Positions 26,850 to 36,539 of a stretch of DNA of 64,000 nt are shown one piece after another. Every line of letters starts with the position of its first letter. Position 1 is the first letter of the stretch. Source of the DNA: a phage. The position numbers were made by a program, and so were the translations under genes. The notes beneath the pieces are model-generated. The model was not told the DNA's origin. It worked only from the letters and a program-made list of their open reading frames with translations, and did no database searches. The stretch lies in NCBI GenBank assembly GCA_024672315.1, contig GCA_024672315.1_4714.1, one strand, 5' to 3'.

Positions 26850-28151
26850 TTAACTAATATAAAGTTCAGGATCGTAAGGCGCTAACGATACACTGGCGTT
26901 ATGCATTGCTTTCATCATAGTGTTCATGAAAACGTTGTTTACACCGGTGATCTCTGCCCCGATCGCATCTGGGGTTGGAGCCATCGCGTTACCGCAACAG
27001 GTAGCACAGTATTCCAATGGGCCTGCTTTACAACGTTGAGGATCACGTAACTTGATGGTTTGTCCTTCCAAGGAAGCGAGTAATTCAGCATCGATAAGTT
27101 TAAGAGCCGCGCCGTCGATCATGTAACGGCCGACAAGCAGCTTATCTTTGATGTGGTCGCGGTTTACCGTGAAAAGAATATGCTCGTGGGTACCGCAGTC
27201 GTCCATCGTGATTTTAAGGTTCTGTGTCGCACGTTGTGATTCTTTCGCCGTCTGTCCAGCTAAAGCGGTCAACGCACCACGTGAGAACGAACCGGCACGT
27301 GCACTGTTGTTGTACTCCGCCCAATGGTCGACACGCATCCCTTCGGCCAGGCTGTGTGTGATAACGTTACGTTTACCGGGGTCAACGAAGTCGGCTTCAA
27401 CCCCCATCATGATGTGCGTTTTCTTTCGAGTATTACCGAAACTCTTGCCTGGGTTAATATAGAACCCTTCCGACTCATCGCCCTTAAAGGATTCCTTATC
27501 CATTTTGGTTAGCGTGGCTTCGAGTTTGATCAGTTCTTCAGGCGTGAACTTACCTTCCTCTTGTAAGCGCGCCAACTCTTTATCACGATAGGCAATAATA
27601 TCATCATCGACCGTTAACGCTTTATCACTCATTGACGGGACAATTAAACGGTTGATAGCGGTTAATGCGCTGATATTGTTGGTGAATTTCTTCACTTCGC
27701 TTGCGTACAACGGACCAATAGGACGTTCATTAGGATCGGGTATTCCCTCTTCGGGATCGTCCGCTACGCGTGGCGCAATCAGTGACTCCAGTGTGCCGCT
27801 GGTCAACCGTCCTGCCTGATATTCAATCTGAATACCGAAAGCATCATAAAGGACGTACATATTGAACAACGCTTCACCGAAGGTTGTGGTGGTTGTGTTC
27901 TTAACCGACGGTAAATCGCCAGGTGCGAGCTCCAACGGCTCCCAGAAACTCAACAAGGGTTTTGTTGGCTCGGTTTCCCATTGGTGTTCTTCACCGTCGA
28001 TGGTAACCGTAACGACGTTACCTTGACGACGTAATTTAGGCTGATACTTCTCAGCGCCGCCTTCCGTAAAAGCAAATGCGTCGTTAATCCATTCAAGATA
28101 TCGGTAGTGCCCTTCACGCATCGCGTAAAGGAAATATTCACGAGGTGTCAT
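26850..28151 (-). CDS. multisubunit RNA polymerase beta-prime-like subunit, middle fragment (bridge helix through Zn-binding segment)
   Basis: 433 aa; ..EGMRVDHWAEYNNSARAGSFSRGALTALAGQTAKESQRATQNL.., TMDDCGTHEH and RCKAGPLEYCATCCGNAM...DAIG...MMKAMHN align by eye with E. coli beta-prime ..[36 protein letters not shown].., TEDDCGTHEG and SCDTDFGVCAHCYG...EAIG...LTMRTFH (recalled from memory); the NADFDGD catalytic motif is absent, so the subunit is split. Confidence 0.75.
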   Translation of the reverse strand: MTPREYFLYAMREGHYRYLEWINDAFAFTEGGAEKYQPKLRRQGNVVTVTIDGEEHQWETEPTKPLLSFWEPLELAPGDLPSVKNTTTTTFGEALFNMYVLYDAFGIQIEYQAGRLTSGTLESLIAPRVADDPEEGIPDPNERPIGPLYASEVKKFTNNISALTAINRLIVPSMSDKALTVDDDIIAYRDKELARLQEEGKFTPEELIKLEATLTKMDKESFKGDESEGFYINPGKSFGNTRKKTHIMMGVEADFVDPGKRNVITHSLAEGMRVDHWAEYNNSARAGSFSRGALTALAGQTAKESQRATQNLKITMDDCGTHEHILFTVNRDHIKDKLLVGRYMIDGAALKLIDAELLASLEGQTIKLRDPQRCKAGPLEYCATCCGNAMAPTPDAIGAEITGVNNVFMNTMMKAMHNASVSLAPYDPELYIS

Positions 28152-28164
28152 GTAACAACTCCTT

Positions 28165-29037
28165 TTAAACCCGGGTCAGGTCACCGTGACGTGAAACGAA
28201 CTCTGATAACGCTCGGGTTGCTTCTTTGGATTCTTCAGCCATCGGGAAGTTTGCGGTAATAAGTTCTCGTAAGACAGGGACGAGTTCGTTATCTTCGAGA
28301 TCGGAAGCTAAAGCGAATGCGATCAGTTCTTGGGTGTATGCATACGGTTGCTGACGTAATGTAGTAAGCTGATCCCGACACTGCGCCATCAGCAGGTCCA
28401 GTGGAACCGCTATCGTACCCCCTTCATCAATATACTGGCTGAACACCGGTGGGAACGCATCACTGATGACACGAATACGTCGACGGATGCGATCAGGAAT
28501 CTGGATGTTTTCCTCGTCGACTACGTTCTCGCTGTCTTTCTCCAGCTTCTTGGTCAGCACCTGCTGAATGCGTGGAAGCAAGCTTGAATGCACGAAACTG
28601 ATTAATGGGGTTACATTCGCAGCATCGACGCCGTAAATGTGTCGCGTACATTCTGCTAACGCTTCAGCTGCGGTGTAGTCTTCATCTTCAACGATAGCGA
28701 GTAGAAAAGCGGTATCGTCGTGTGTTTCCAGGTCTAATAACGTAGACGCCAGCGCGTGAAGATATTTCAGGCTATCCAGAGATAGTTGCCCTTCGTTAAT
28801 TCGGATCCCGAAGGCAAGCAATTGTTGTTTATAAAGTTCGATACATCCGTTTGTTAAAATGATATCTAATTCGTTTAAATCGTATTGTTCCCCAGCACCC
28901 GACAACATCGTACTGCAGAACGTTTCCAGTTGTTCACATTTAAAATCTTGGTATAAACGATGCATGCAGTGCTGTAACAGCGTACGCCTTGTTTCAGGGA
29001 TCTTACCTTCTAACAAAGCCAAGACGGAATCAATCAT
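28165..29037 (-). CDS. hypothetical protein
   Basis: ORF track starts at GTG 29043; ATG at residue 3 has GGAG RBS; divergent from the plus-strand block starting at 29134. Confidence 0.7.
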   Translation of the reverse strand: MIDSVLALLEGKIPETRRTLLQHCMHRLYQDFKCEQLETFCSTMLSGAGEQYDLNELDIILTNGCIELYKQQLLAFGIRINEGQLSLDSLKYLHALASTLLDLETHDDTAFLLAIVEDEDYTAAEALAECTRHIYGVDAANVTPLISFVHSSLLPRIQQVLTKKLEKDSENVVDEENIQIPDRIRRRIRVISDAFPPVFSQYIDEGGTIAVPLDLLMAQCRDQLTTLRQQPYAYTQELIAFALASDLEDNELVPVLRELITANFPMAEESKEATRALSEFVSRHGDLTRV

Positions 29038-29133
29038 ATCCACTCCGATGCGGTAAATGTCTACTAGCTCTCATAATCTATTGAAGAAACTACCGGCTTA
29101 CGCCAACTTAGATTAATCAGGAGTAACCATCCC

Positions 29134-29607
29134 ATGCCAGTTTCATCCAAACCAAGAAAAAAATCCGTAGGAAACCCTAAAGCTCAGGAAACAACAGCAA
29201 TTCGTTGGGACGAGTTACGCGAACCTATCGAAAACTGCGAATTGTTATTAGGCACCCTGGGTGCGGCTATTTACCAAGCGACGCAGCCCTGTCGTTTACG
29301 ATTAACCCAAAACAAACGTGATGAGTTCGTTGCGTTATCAACAAGTACGAATAAAGATCTGACCGAACTTCAAACCGAGTTGACGACGATCAAGAACTCC
29401 ATCACACCGATGTACGGTAAAGAAGTTGATGAACAAAGTATTCTGTTACAGTACAACTACGGGATGTCGTTAATGAACATCCTGGAACGCGCATCCGATA
29501 TTCTGCGTCCTGACGTTGCACGCCTGAGCCAACTGCGTGTTGAAGGGATGGAGAACCAGATCCGATTCGCTAACAGTGTTAAATCTCAAGGAGCCACCGA
29601 AGCATGA
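29134..29607 (+). CDS. hypothetical protein
   Basis: 157-aa ORF with AGGAG RBS; stop overlaps next start (ATGA at 29604-29607). Confidence 0.7.
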   Translation: MPVSSKPRKKSVGNPKAQETTAIRWDELREPIENCELLLGTLGAAIYQATQPCRLRLTQNKRDEFVALSTSTNKDLTELQTELTTIKNSITPMYGKEVDEQSILLQYNYGMSLMNILERASDILRPDVARLSQLRVEGMENQIRFANSVKSQGATEA

Positions 29608-31289
29608 GCGAACAAGAAAAAGAAGTCGTGACGAATCAGGAAGCCGTTGAGCGTTCAGAGTCGTCCGCTGAAACAACGATTCCGGCAAGTTCCGATCCTG
29701 TTGGTTCCGCACAGCAGGAAAGTAAAGACGAAGTAAACACTACTAAAGAAGATGTAGTGGCTCCAGAAGCAACCCGTGAAGAAGAACCGTCACATCCGCC
29801 GTTGGTCGATTTCTCGAAGGCAACGATACGTTTCCAATGCGAAGACATTCGTCCTAAGAGTCCGAAGAAAACAAAACGCCAGCCGCTGGTGTTACCGCTG
29901 TATTCTCCGCGTGTACAGACAACGTATTACCGGGAATACATCAACGAAGCAATGGATACCGTACAAGCCATTGTCGCTCAACGCGGTAAACCGACAGACG
30001 AACAGTTTGATAAATTCAGTAAAGCGGTGGTGCAATCGGTTGCTGATGGTCAATACCATCCGCGTGGTCCAGCTCACGATCGCGCGTTGGAACGTAAGGG
30101 CAGTCAGTGGACTAACGTACCCGTAGACTCATCGGGTGTTGGTCGCGTTATTCCAGGCATTCCGCAACCGAACCATATTCCTGATGATGTCGAAGCGCCG
30201 CTGACAGGAACCGATGCGATCTATTTTGCTATCCGTAATACGAAATCAGGCGCACCTGCGGTAATGCCGTTATGGCATAGCGGTATTAAGCTGCAGTTCA
30301 ATCCGCCGTCAAATGAACGTGTTGCTATTATGCACGAACGTATTGCACGCGATAAAATCCTGGGTGGACGTGATAGCACCGGTTTCCTGTTTTCGGCAAC
30401 CTCGATTATCACCATGAAGCATGCTATCGAATTAGCATTAGAATGCTGTTACATGGCCAACGTACCGAACCTGGATATCCAGCGTTTGAAAGACATTATT
30501 CCGGTTACCGATGTTCCGGCGTTGTTGTTGAACGTGCTGGTAACCATGTACCCGTACGGATATCCTTACGTACAGACCTGCTATCAGAATCCAGAAACCT
30601 GCGACTATCGTGTCGAAGATACCGTAAGCTTTGCGAAACTCTATCAAGTTGACAACAGCGCAATTACCAAACGTATGCGACAGATCATGACCGAAGGTCC
30701 GGTCATGACCGATGAACTTTTGCGTGAGTATGCAAACGAGCTGGGTGAAACGAACTCCCGTACGCTGGATCTGTCCGACAACGGTTCTGTTATCATTGAA
30801 CTCGAAGTACCGAAGATCTCACGACAAATCGCCATGGGTGAACGTTGGTTAAGCGATACGCTGGAAGATCTGCGTGATATTCTATCGCGTCCGTCAATGA
30901 CCGAAGAAGAACGTGATCGTGTTATTCGTGAACGTCAGTTCTATAGCTGGATGCGTCAGTATGATGCGTGGATCAAATCTATGCATGTATCGGTAAACGG
31001 TACTATGCGTCGTGTAAGCGATGCAGATACGGCAACGGTATTAGCGCAGCTGTCTCGTGACAGCGACCTTCGTGAACGTTATATCGATGGGTTGATGCAA
31101 TTCATCGGTGATTCGACGATTGCGCTCGCAGCAATGCCTGCCTGGAAATGTCCGAAATGTAATGCCGATATTGCTGACAATCTGCGTGACCAGAAATACT
31201 ACGATCTGATTGCTTTGGATGTACCCCAGCTTTTTTTTACCCTAAACTCCGTCCAATCTCTTCAGGAGGGGATGGACGCGGTATTCTAA
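29604..31289 (+). CDS. hypothetical protein (561 aa), acidic N-terminus
   Basis: Long ORF; contains a T8 run at 31231..31238 forming a T_TTT_TTT heptamer in the zero frame 17 codons before its stop. Confidence 0.8.
   Translation: MSEQEKEVVTNQEAVERSESSAETTIPASSDPVGSAQQESKDEVNTTKEDVVAPEATREEEPSHPPLVDFSKATIRFQCEDIRPKSPKKTKRQPLVLPLYSPRVQTTYYREYINEAMDTVQAIVAQRGKPTDEQFDKFSKAVVQSVADGQYHPRGPAHDRALERKGSQWTNVPVDSSGVGRVIPGIPQPNHIPDDVEAPLTGTDAIYFAIRNTKSGAPAVMPLWHSGIKLQFNPPSNERVAIMHERIARDKILGGRDSTGFLFSATSIITMKHAIELALECCYMANVPNLDIQRLKDIIPVTDVPALLLNVLVTMYPYGYPYVQTCYQNPETCDYRVEDTVSFAKLYQVDNSAITKRMRQIMTEGPVMTDELLREYANELGETNSRTLDLSDNGSVIIELEVPKISRQIAMGERWLSDTLEDLRDILSRPSMTEEERDRVIRERQFYSWMRQYDAWIKSMHVSVNGTMRRVSDADTATVLAQLSRDSDLRERYIDGLMQFIGDSTIALAAMPAWKCPKCNADIADNLRDQKYYDLIALDVPQLFFTLNSVQSLQEGMDAVF
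31232..31238 (+). other. candidate -1 ribosomal frameshift slippery heptamer
   Basis: T_TTT_TTT in the zero frame of 29604..31289 (codons CTT TTT TTT at 31230-31238); -1 frame is open from 31190 to 31711. Confidence 0.35.
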
Positions 31290-31351
31290 TCGATCCGCGA
31301 TACGGGTTACACGACGGACAACTTGTTCGTAATGATGAAAAAATCTGGGAA

Positions 31352-31711
31352 TTGCTGTTAGCGCGTAAAGGCGACGGTGGCATGAAACTGAACATCGAAA
31401 TGGGTATTGCGTACGACACCATGTTTGGCTTGTACGACCGTGTTAACGAATGGACACCGTTGAAATGGGTTGCTCAGCATCCCGCTGAAGATCCCTGGGA
31501 CAGATTAGGGATTAAACCCTTAATCGAGGATTATGTTCGATTCGGTATTAAAGAGTTCATGACGCTGGATGCGTTTTTAAAAGCACCGTATCCTTACGCG
31601 CAAACGGTACTCAAAATCGCACAAGACGAACTGCGGAAACGTAGTGCGGTACTGGACGACGATGAGGACAAGTTACGACGAGAAGAAGAACGTTTACGAA
31701 ACGGAAAATAA
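31352..31711 (+). CDS. hypothetical protein; may be expressed as a -1 frameshift extension of 29604..31289
   Basis: ORF track start is TTG with no SD; the frame is open back to 31190 and is the -1 frame of the upstream gene; first ATG (31379) has only a weak, tightly spaced RBS. Confidence 0.45.
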   Translation: MLLARKGDGGMKLNIEMGIAYDTMFGLYDRVNEWTPLKWVAQHPAEDPWDRLGIKPLIEDYVRFGIKEFMTLDAFLKAPYPYAQTVLKIAQDELRKRSAVLDDDEDKLRREEERLRNGK

Positions 31712-31712
31712 A

Positions 31713-32222
31713 ATGGCGAGATTTACCAGTTTGATTGGGTTGGATATTTGGGAAACACCGGCTGACGTTCGGGTTATTCCTGTTAACACCGTCGGTGTGA
31801 TGGGACGTGGTCTTGCTAAGCAGGCAGCCGATCGTGTGCCCGGTCTTCTTGAAGCGTACCGTAAGCAATGTCAAGATGGGTTTAAGGTGGGCGAAGTCGT
31901 GTCATATCAGCATGGCGAGAACGATCAGCTCACCTACGTGTTGTTTCCATCAAAATCGGATTGGCGCGAAAAAACACGACGTGAGTATATCGTTAATGGT
32001 TTACTGGCGTTAAAAGCGTGGTTATTGGAGCTTCAGTTCGAAAGAGACGGCTTCTCATATCGGCGTCCGGCTGAACCGCTGATCGTTGCAATTCCTCCGG
32101 TTGGTTCTGGCTGCGGTAATATCGGCTACGGACAATCCGAAACAATCCAGCCTCAATGGGTACGCGCACAAATCAAACAGTATCTTGCCACCGTGCCAAA
32201 CGTTCATTTCTACTTGTTCTAA
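31713..32222 (+). CDS. macro domain protein (ADP-ribose binding/processing-like)
   Basis: ORF track starts at 31644 inside the previous gene; ATG at 31713 lies 2 nt after the upstream stop; motifs VIPVNTVGVMGRGLAKQ and IVAIPPVGSGCGNIGYG match the two glycine-rich macro-domain loops. Confidence 0.7.
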   Translation: MARFTSLIGLDIWETPADVRVIPVNTVGVMGRGLAKQAADRVPGLLEAYRKQCQDGFKVGEVVSYQHGENDQLTYVLFPSKSDWREKTRREYIVNGLLALKAWLLELQFERDGFSYRRPAEPLIVAIPPVGSGCGNIGYGQSETIQPQWVRAQIKQYLATVPNVHFYLF

Positions 32223-32232
32223 TGTAAAGGTA

Positions 32233-32277
32233 ACATAGCCCTCTCCCTTCCCTTACGGGTTGGGAGAGGGCTTATGC
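32233..32277. promoter_or_regulatory. conserved GC-rich intergenic stem-loop, family copy 3 (inverted orientation)
   Basis: acatag CCCTCTCCC ttcccttacgggtt GGGAGAGGG cttatgc; near-identical to the reverse complement of copy 1; between convergent macro-domain gene and 32288..32662. Confidence 0.8.
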
Positions 32278-32287
32278 TGTTATGTTA

Positions 32288-32662
32288 TTAATGTTCGTTC
32301 CAGATGGCATCTTCCGGTGGAACAATAGGATCTTTCTTCGGCATTGATGGCACTTCATGACGATGCTTACGGAACTGCCTATCAATAACCTCACGAAGCC
32401 GGTACGCGTCAACCCACGTTGATTTATTGAACAGCTCCAATGTCACAGTTAATCGTGTTCTCGACATTGAATAGCTTTTCTTTGCAATCAAATTGGGATA
32501 ATTCAGTTGAGCGAACCACGCACGTATTTGTGCTTCGGTAAAAGCGATGCTGTAATAACTAAGTTTACCGTCATTAAAATCGTGCGCGTGGGTGTAACGT
32601 CCAGCGTAACGCCAGACAAGATGCACATTCAGATCGATCCATGGTGGGGTGGTATCAGCCAT
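32288..32662 (-). CDS. hypothetical protein
   Basis: 124-aa ORF with GAGGG RBS; last gene of the tail-module block. Confidence 0.7.
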   Translation of the reverse strand: MADTTPPWIDLNVHLVWRYAGRYTHAHDFNDGKLSYYSIAFTEAQIRAWFAQLNYPNLIAKKSYSMSRTRLTVTLELFNKSTWVDAYRLREVIDRQFRKHRHEVPSMPKKDPIVPPEDAIWNEH

Positions 32663-32671
32663 GTGTTACCC

Positions 32672-33241
32672 TCAACGATTCTTCATCACTTTACCCAGGC
32701 TTTCGATATTATCCCAAAAGCGATTTTTACTTGGCGCATCGCCGACGATAACCGACATCAAATCACGACGTTCGCGACTGATGATGCCTTGTGATTTCCA
32801 GATCACCATCGTCCAGCAAGCAGCCAGAACGAACAGATGGTTAATGCTCGGTTTGGTTTGTGCGACGAACGCAAGCCATGCCCAGATACCGGTATATACC
32901 AACGTCACTAAAAAGAGAGAGATTGTTGCAACGACGACAACGAAGTTTTGGACAGCGGGCTGATTAGCCTTATCATGAATAGCGGTAAGATCAGGAAGAT
33001 TACCTTCAACTGAACTCGTTTCATCGATTTCCAATTCTTCGATTTCTTTTCGTGTGTCAGGAGCTAATCCAGCATCATCGAGATAGTTTTTTAACCGCTG
33101 AATACTTAATCGTTGACCGACAGGAATGTTGATGTTGTCGTAACTATTAAGCGCATCGACCAGTGAGCGCCCGTCAACGAGAACCAAGCTCGCAGTACCC
33201 ATCGTTTGCGGTTTTATTTTGTAAAGGTCTTTTACTTTCAT
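32672..33241 (-). CDS. hypothetical membrane protein
   Basis: 189 aa; two central hydrophobic helices (FVVVVATISLFLVTLVYTGIWAWLAFVA, LFVLAACWTMVIW); GGAGGTG RBS. Confidence 0.7.
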   Translation of the reverse strand: MKVKDLYKIKPQTMGTASLVLVDGRSLVDALNSYDNINIPVGQRLSIQRLKNYLDDAGLAPDTRKEIEELEIDETSSVEGNLPDLTAIHDKANQPAVQNFVVVVATISLFLVTLVYTGIWAWLAFVAQTKPSINHLFVLAACWTMVIWKSQGIISRERRDLMSVIVGDAPSKNRFWDNIESLGKVMKNR

Positions 33242-33262
33242 CTAGACACCACCTCCAACGTG

Positions 33263-35875
33263 TTAAGCGTCCGGCGTAAAATCAAAAGGAATGTCCGTAC
33301 GAATGATATCATAACGTTTTCCGAGGAAATAAAACTCTTCGGGAACCTGGCCTGGAATGATGCTATCACCGATGAACTGCGGATACGCCCAGATGTACTG
33401 AGTGAGTCCTTCGAACATATCCAGGTTATTTGCGTGGTTACCCATGATACGTTTCCAGAGTTCGCGTTTATACGGCGTTTTAACATCGAACCCATAAAGC
33501 GGTGCAAGATCTTCACCAGGAACAAATCCCAGGTAATAGTGGATCTGACTAACCGGGAAACCAAGCGTATCTCGCGGAATGGTGATCGCTTGCTCAGCCT
33601 TGGTGACATGCGTCTCAATAATCCAGTCATAGCACTCCGAATAGAACCGATCGAATTTCTCTGGATTATACCATGCTTTGGGAAGATTGAGTTTCTCCGT
33701 GAACGCATTCGACATGATCGTCGGTAAGAACGGAAGAATACCGGTTTTGATCTGCGTGTATTTCGATTTTACCCGGTTAACGAGATTCCAGCAACTGTAT
33801 CCTAATTGGTCGTTACAAAACTCAACGTAGAGATCGTAGTCACCGCCGGATAATGGGTTGTTGATGTCACCGATGTCTGCGGCATATTTGTTGGGATATC
33901 GGTTATTGAAAGCCAGTTTGGTTTGGTAATCGTAGATACACGGTTTGTTGTTCGCTGTATTGATCCACCACCAAGGTTCACCTACCTGCACACAAATGTC
34001 CTGGACATGAGGGTAGATGATATCAGCAAATGCGGTTAACACATCCCCTAACCACGCCATCGCCTGTTGGTTACACGGAGACAACAACCAAGACGGTGGC
34101 GTATATCCGGTTGCTGCGATGTTTCCTTCCCAATCCTGCTGCGCCCATTCGAACGGGCATGCGGTACTCATCAATTCGTAACTTAAACTGATAGTGACAG
34201 AGAAATGGTGTTTTGCAGCATATGCAGCGAAAGCTTCATGCCACGCGATACAGGGCGGATTTAATACATCCGTGGTGTTCACCAGTAACTTACCCGCACT
34301 TGGTGTCCAGACAGTATCGTAGAAATGCGACATGCCAACATAATGCACTAATTCATCCTGATATCCCGCATAAACCAGGTTCTCAAATACACGCTCCGGC
34401 GTGATGTTGTAATGGTCATCATAAGCGGTTATCGCACGAAGTTCGTGTGGCGTACAGTGGTGGCGATTAACCGTCATTTCCTGATACACCCCATCGATAG
34501 GAAGAATCTCGATGGTTAAGCCGAGGTCGATCGGTGTTTCCAGATAGGTCGTTTCAGTCGCATCTTCCTTATAATGTCGAGAACTCATGCTGAACATCAA
34601 CGACGTTACCGATTCGAGTTCGATAGGTTCGTCAGCATAGAACCCCGCCATTGCGTCGTTGAAATCGATCGTTACGATTGCGCTTCTACCGTCTTCAGAG
34701 ACATCTGTCGCATATCGGGTTAATGAGATATACTGACGGCTATCGTCTTTGTGTACAACGGTTAAAACCGGCGGGTGTTCGGTATCTGCAAAGTTACGCT
34801 GATCGCCAGTAAACGTGATCTTCGCTTTAAAGATCAAACCAAGCAACGACGTCATGGGATCATACGCAATACAGCCGTGATCCAGCGTATCCGTTGTCCG
34901 CCATTCTATCCCGACCAACCCGTTAGCGGTATGGCATCGCATATACGCATTAAGTACCATGTCTTCACTGACAACCGCGAAGTTCTCTGTTGACTGACCG
35001 TTGATAATCCAATACATCGGCTGCCAGAGGTTACGCGTACCTTTTGCGTAGCGGTAGGTTGGTGCGCCTTTAGGGTTGCCGTTATTGAGATGGAATACGG
35101 CAGTACCTTGATAATGGTCGTTCGTATTAATCGGAACACTGTAAGCATCACCGAGGTCCGTACGTTCCACCTTCGTGATTGTTGCGTTTTCAAATAACCT
35201 ACGTAGCGCGGGTAAACCGATATCTTCAGGCGCGTTTTCTCGACGAATCGCATCCGCGATGCGGTGGGCTAAGGCGGGGTAAATGACTTCACCCTGTTGT
35301 AGGTTTGCAAGACCTACAAAGCGATCGGGGCCGATACCAGCAATCAATAACTCGACACCACCCTTCGTTCTATCGTCGTTAAGATATTTCAGTCCGGTAA
35401 GGTCAAGATGCTGAATAAGCGACAACAGGTTGTAATTACGGTTCTCAACAGTTAGTACAAGATCGCCCGCCCAAACCAAACTTCCCTCATCCGCTGTTAC
35501 TTTAACGGATTGTCGGCCTGTTGTAGACGTTGTTGTCGTTTTATTTAATTGTCCTTGTAGGAAGTCGGTTGCGAGGTCAAAGGCAATACCGTAACGGTCA
35601 GCGACCGCTTGCATGATTTCACGTAACTGGGTATCTTCTTCAATGATAATCTTGACAGGTATTCCCAAGAACGCTTTAGCAAGGTCTCGTTTAACCAACG
35701 AGACGAATACGGATTTGTAGTATCGGCTTCCATCTTTCCCTTTAAAAAGAATGGAGGTTGTTTCGGGTGCCGATAGAACACGTGCAAATACAACATCGTC
35801 GGAAGTAAGAGAAAGTCCGTTTTTCTCGTTGACCAATCTTAGTATTTCATTTTGCGCGGTTTCATGTAACTTCAT
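33263..35875 (-). CDS. putative receptor-binding / tail-associated protein (870 aa) with shared N-terminal module
   Basis: N-terminal ~100 aa (..VFVSLVKRDLAKAFLGIPVKIIIEE..YGIAFDLATDF) is paralogous to the N-termini of 41064..41591 and 45408..46238; sits in the tail-fibre cluster. Confidence 0.6.
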   Translation of the reverse strand: MKLHETAQNEILRLVNEKNGLSLTSDDVVFARVLSAPETTSILFKGKDGSRYYKSVFVSLVKRDLAKAFLGIPVKIIIEEDTQLREIMQAVADRYGIAFDLATDFLQGQLNKTTTTSTTGRQSVKVTADEGSLVWAGDLVLTVENRNYNLLSLIQHLDLTGLKYLNDDRTKGGVELLIAGIGPDRFVGLANLQQGEVIYPALAHRIADAIRRENAPEDIGLPALRRLFENATITKVERTDLGDAYSVPINTNDHYQGTAVFHLNNGNPKGAPTYRYAKGTRNLWQPMYWIINGQSTENFAVVSEDMVLNAYMRCHTANGLVGIEWRTTDTLDHGCIAYDPMTSLLGLIFKAKITFTGDQRNFADTEHPPVLTVVHKDDSRQYISLTRYATDVSEDGRSAIVTIDFNDAMAGFYADEPIELESVTSLMFSMSSRHYKEDATETTYLETPIDLGLTIEILPIDGVYQEMTVNRHHCTPHELRAITAYDDHYNITPERVFENLVYAGYQDELVHYVGMSHFYDTVWTPSAGKLLVNTTDVLNPPCIAWHEAFAAYAAKHHFSVTISLSYELMSTACPFEWAQQDWEGNIAATGYTPPSWLLSPCNQQAMAWLGDVLTAFADIIYPHVQDICVQVGEPWWWINTANNKPCIYDYQTKLAFNNRYPNKYAADIGDINNPLSGGDYDLYVEFCNDQLGYSCWNLVNRVKSKYTQIKTGILPFLPTIMSNAFTEKLNLPKAWYNPEKFDRFYSECYDWIIETHVTKAEQAITIPRDTLGFPVSQIHYYLGFVPGEDLAPLYGFDVKTPYKRELWKRIMGNHANNLDMFEGLTQYIWAYPQFIGDSIIPGQVPEEFYFLGKRYDIIRTDIPFDFTPDA

Positions 35876-35897
35876 TAAAAACCTCAGCCCTTTAGAA

Positions 35898-36539
35898 TTA
35901 GATGTACTGCTTACCGCCCACGAAGGAAGTTAACCAGTTCCCGCTGACGAGTTGTGATACCCAGCCTGGAACGGCTCTACCATTCTGGCTCATGATGTTA
36001 CCACACCAACCAGGGAATCCGGGACGGATGTAATAGAAAGTTAAATTGTAGAGATGACAGTTCCATACCGCAACGTTATGTTTACCAGAAACCGCTTTAA
36101 AGACAAACGCGACAGGTAAAGGAGACGATAACAATTCGGTCACAGGGACGGCTGACCAGTTCGCATTCGCGTTCCACGGCTGCCAGGTATGACTACGCGA
36201 GTCGCAATATACGTTACCGTTGTTACCGCGCCCACCCGCATGCCACCACAGCGACGGACTCATGTTCTTAAGTGAGGTAAATTGTTGCGGTGGAATATTA
36301 GGAATAATAACAGGGTTGGTACCTTGTCCATGTTTCTTTTCTTTTGCGTTCACATACCCGCTTATCGATTCGAGGTATTTGGTACCAGGATAATTGTTCT
36401 GGACTTGTGTCGCAATATCACGAACGTCGAACGTCCAGCAGATCATGGTGTTATAGTAAGCGTCGGTGTTATCGTGCCATGAGTTACCATCTTGTAAACG
36501 TGCGCCGCTATTCGGTGTTTTATCTGTACTTATAGCCAT
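35898..36539 (-). CDS. hypothetical protein
   Basis: 213-aa ORF, Trp/Asn/Gly-rich; AGGA RBS. Confidence 0.7.
   Translation of the reverse strand: MAISTDKTPNSGARLQDGNSWHDNTDAYYNTMICWTFDVRDIATQVQNNYPGTKYLESISGYVNAKEKKHGQGTNPVIIPNIPPQQFTSLKNMSPSLWWHAGGRGNNGNVYCDSRSHTWQPWNANANWSAVPVTELLSSPLPVAFVFKAVSGKHNVAVWNCHLYNLTFYYIRPGFPGWCGNIMSQNGRAVPGWVSQLVSGNWLTSFVGGKQYI

Noticed and set aside
26850-28151. EADFVDPG as the catalytic NADFDGD motif of beta-prime
   Set aside because: It lies only ~70 aa before the DDCGTHEH segment, whereas the catalytic loop is ~350 aa upstream of that segment in bacterial beta-prime; sequence match is also poor
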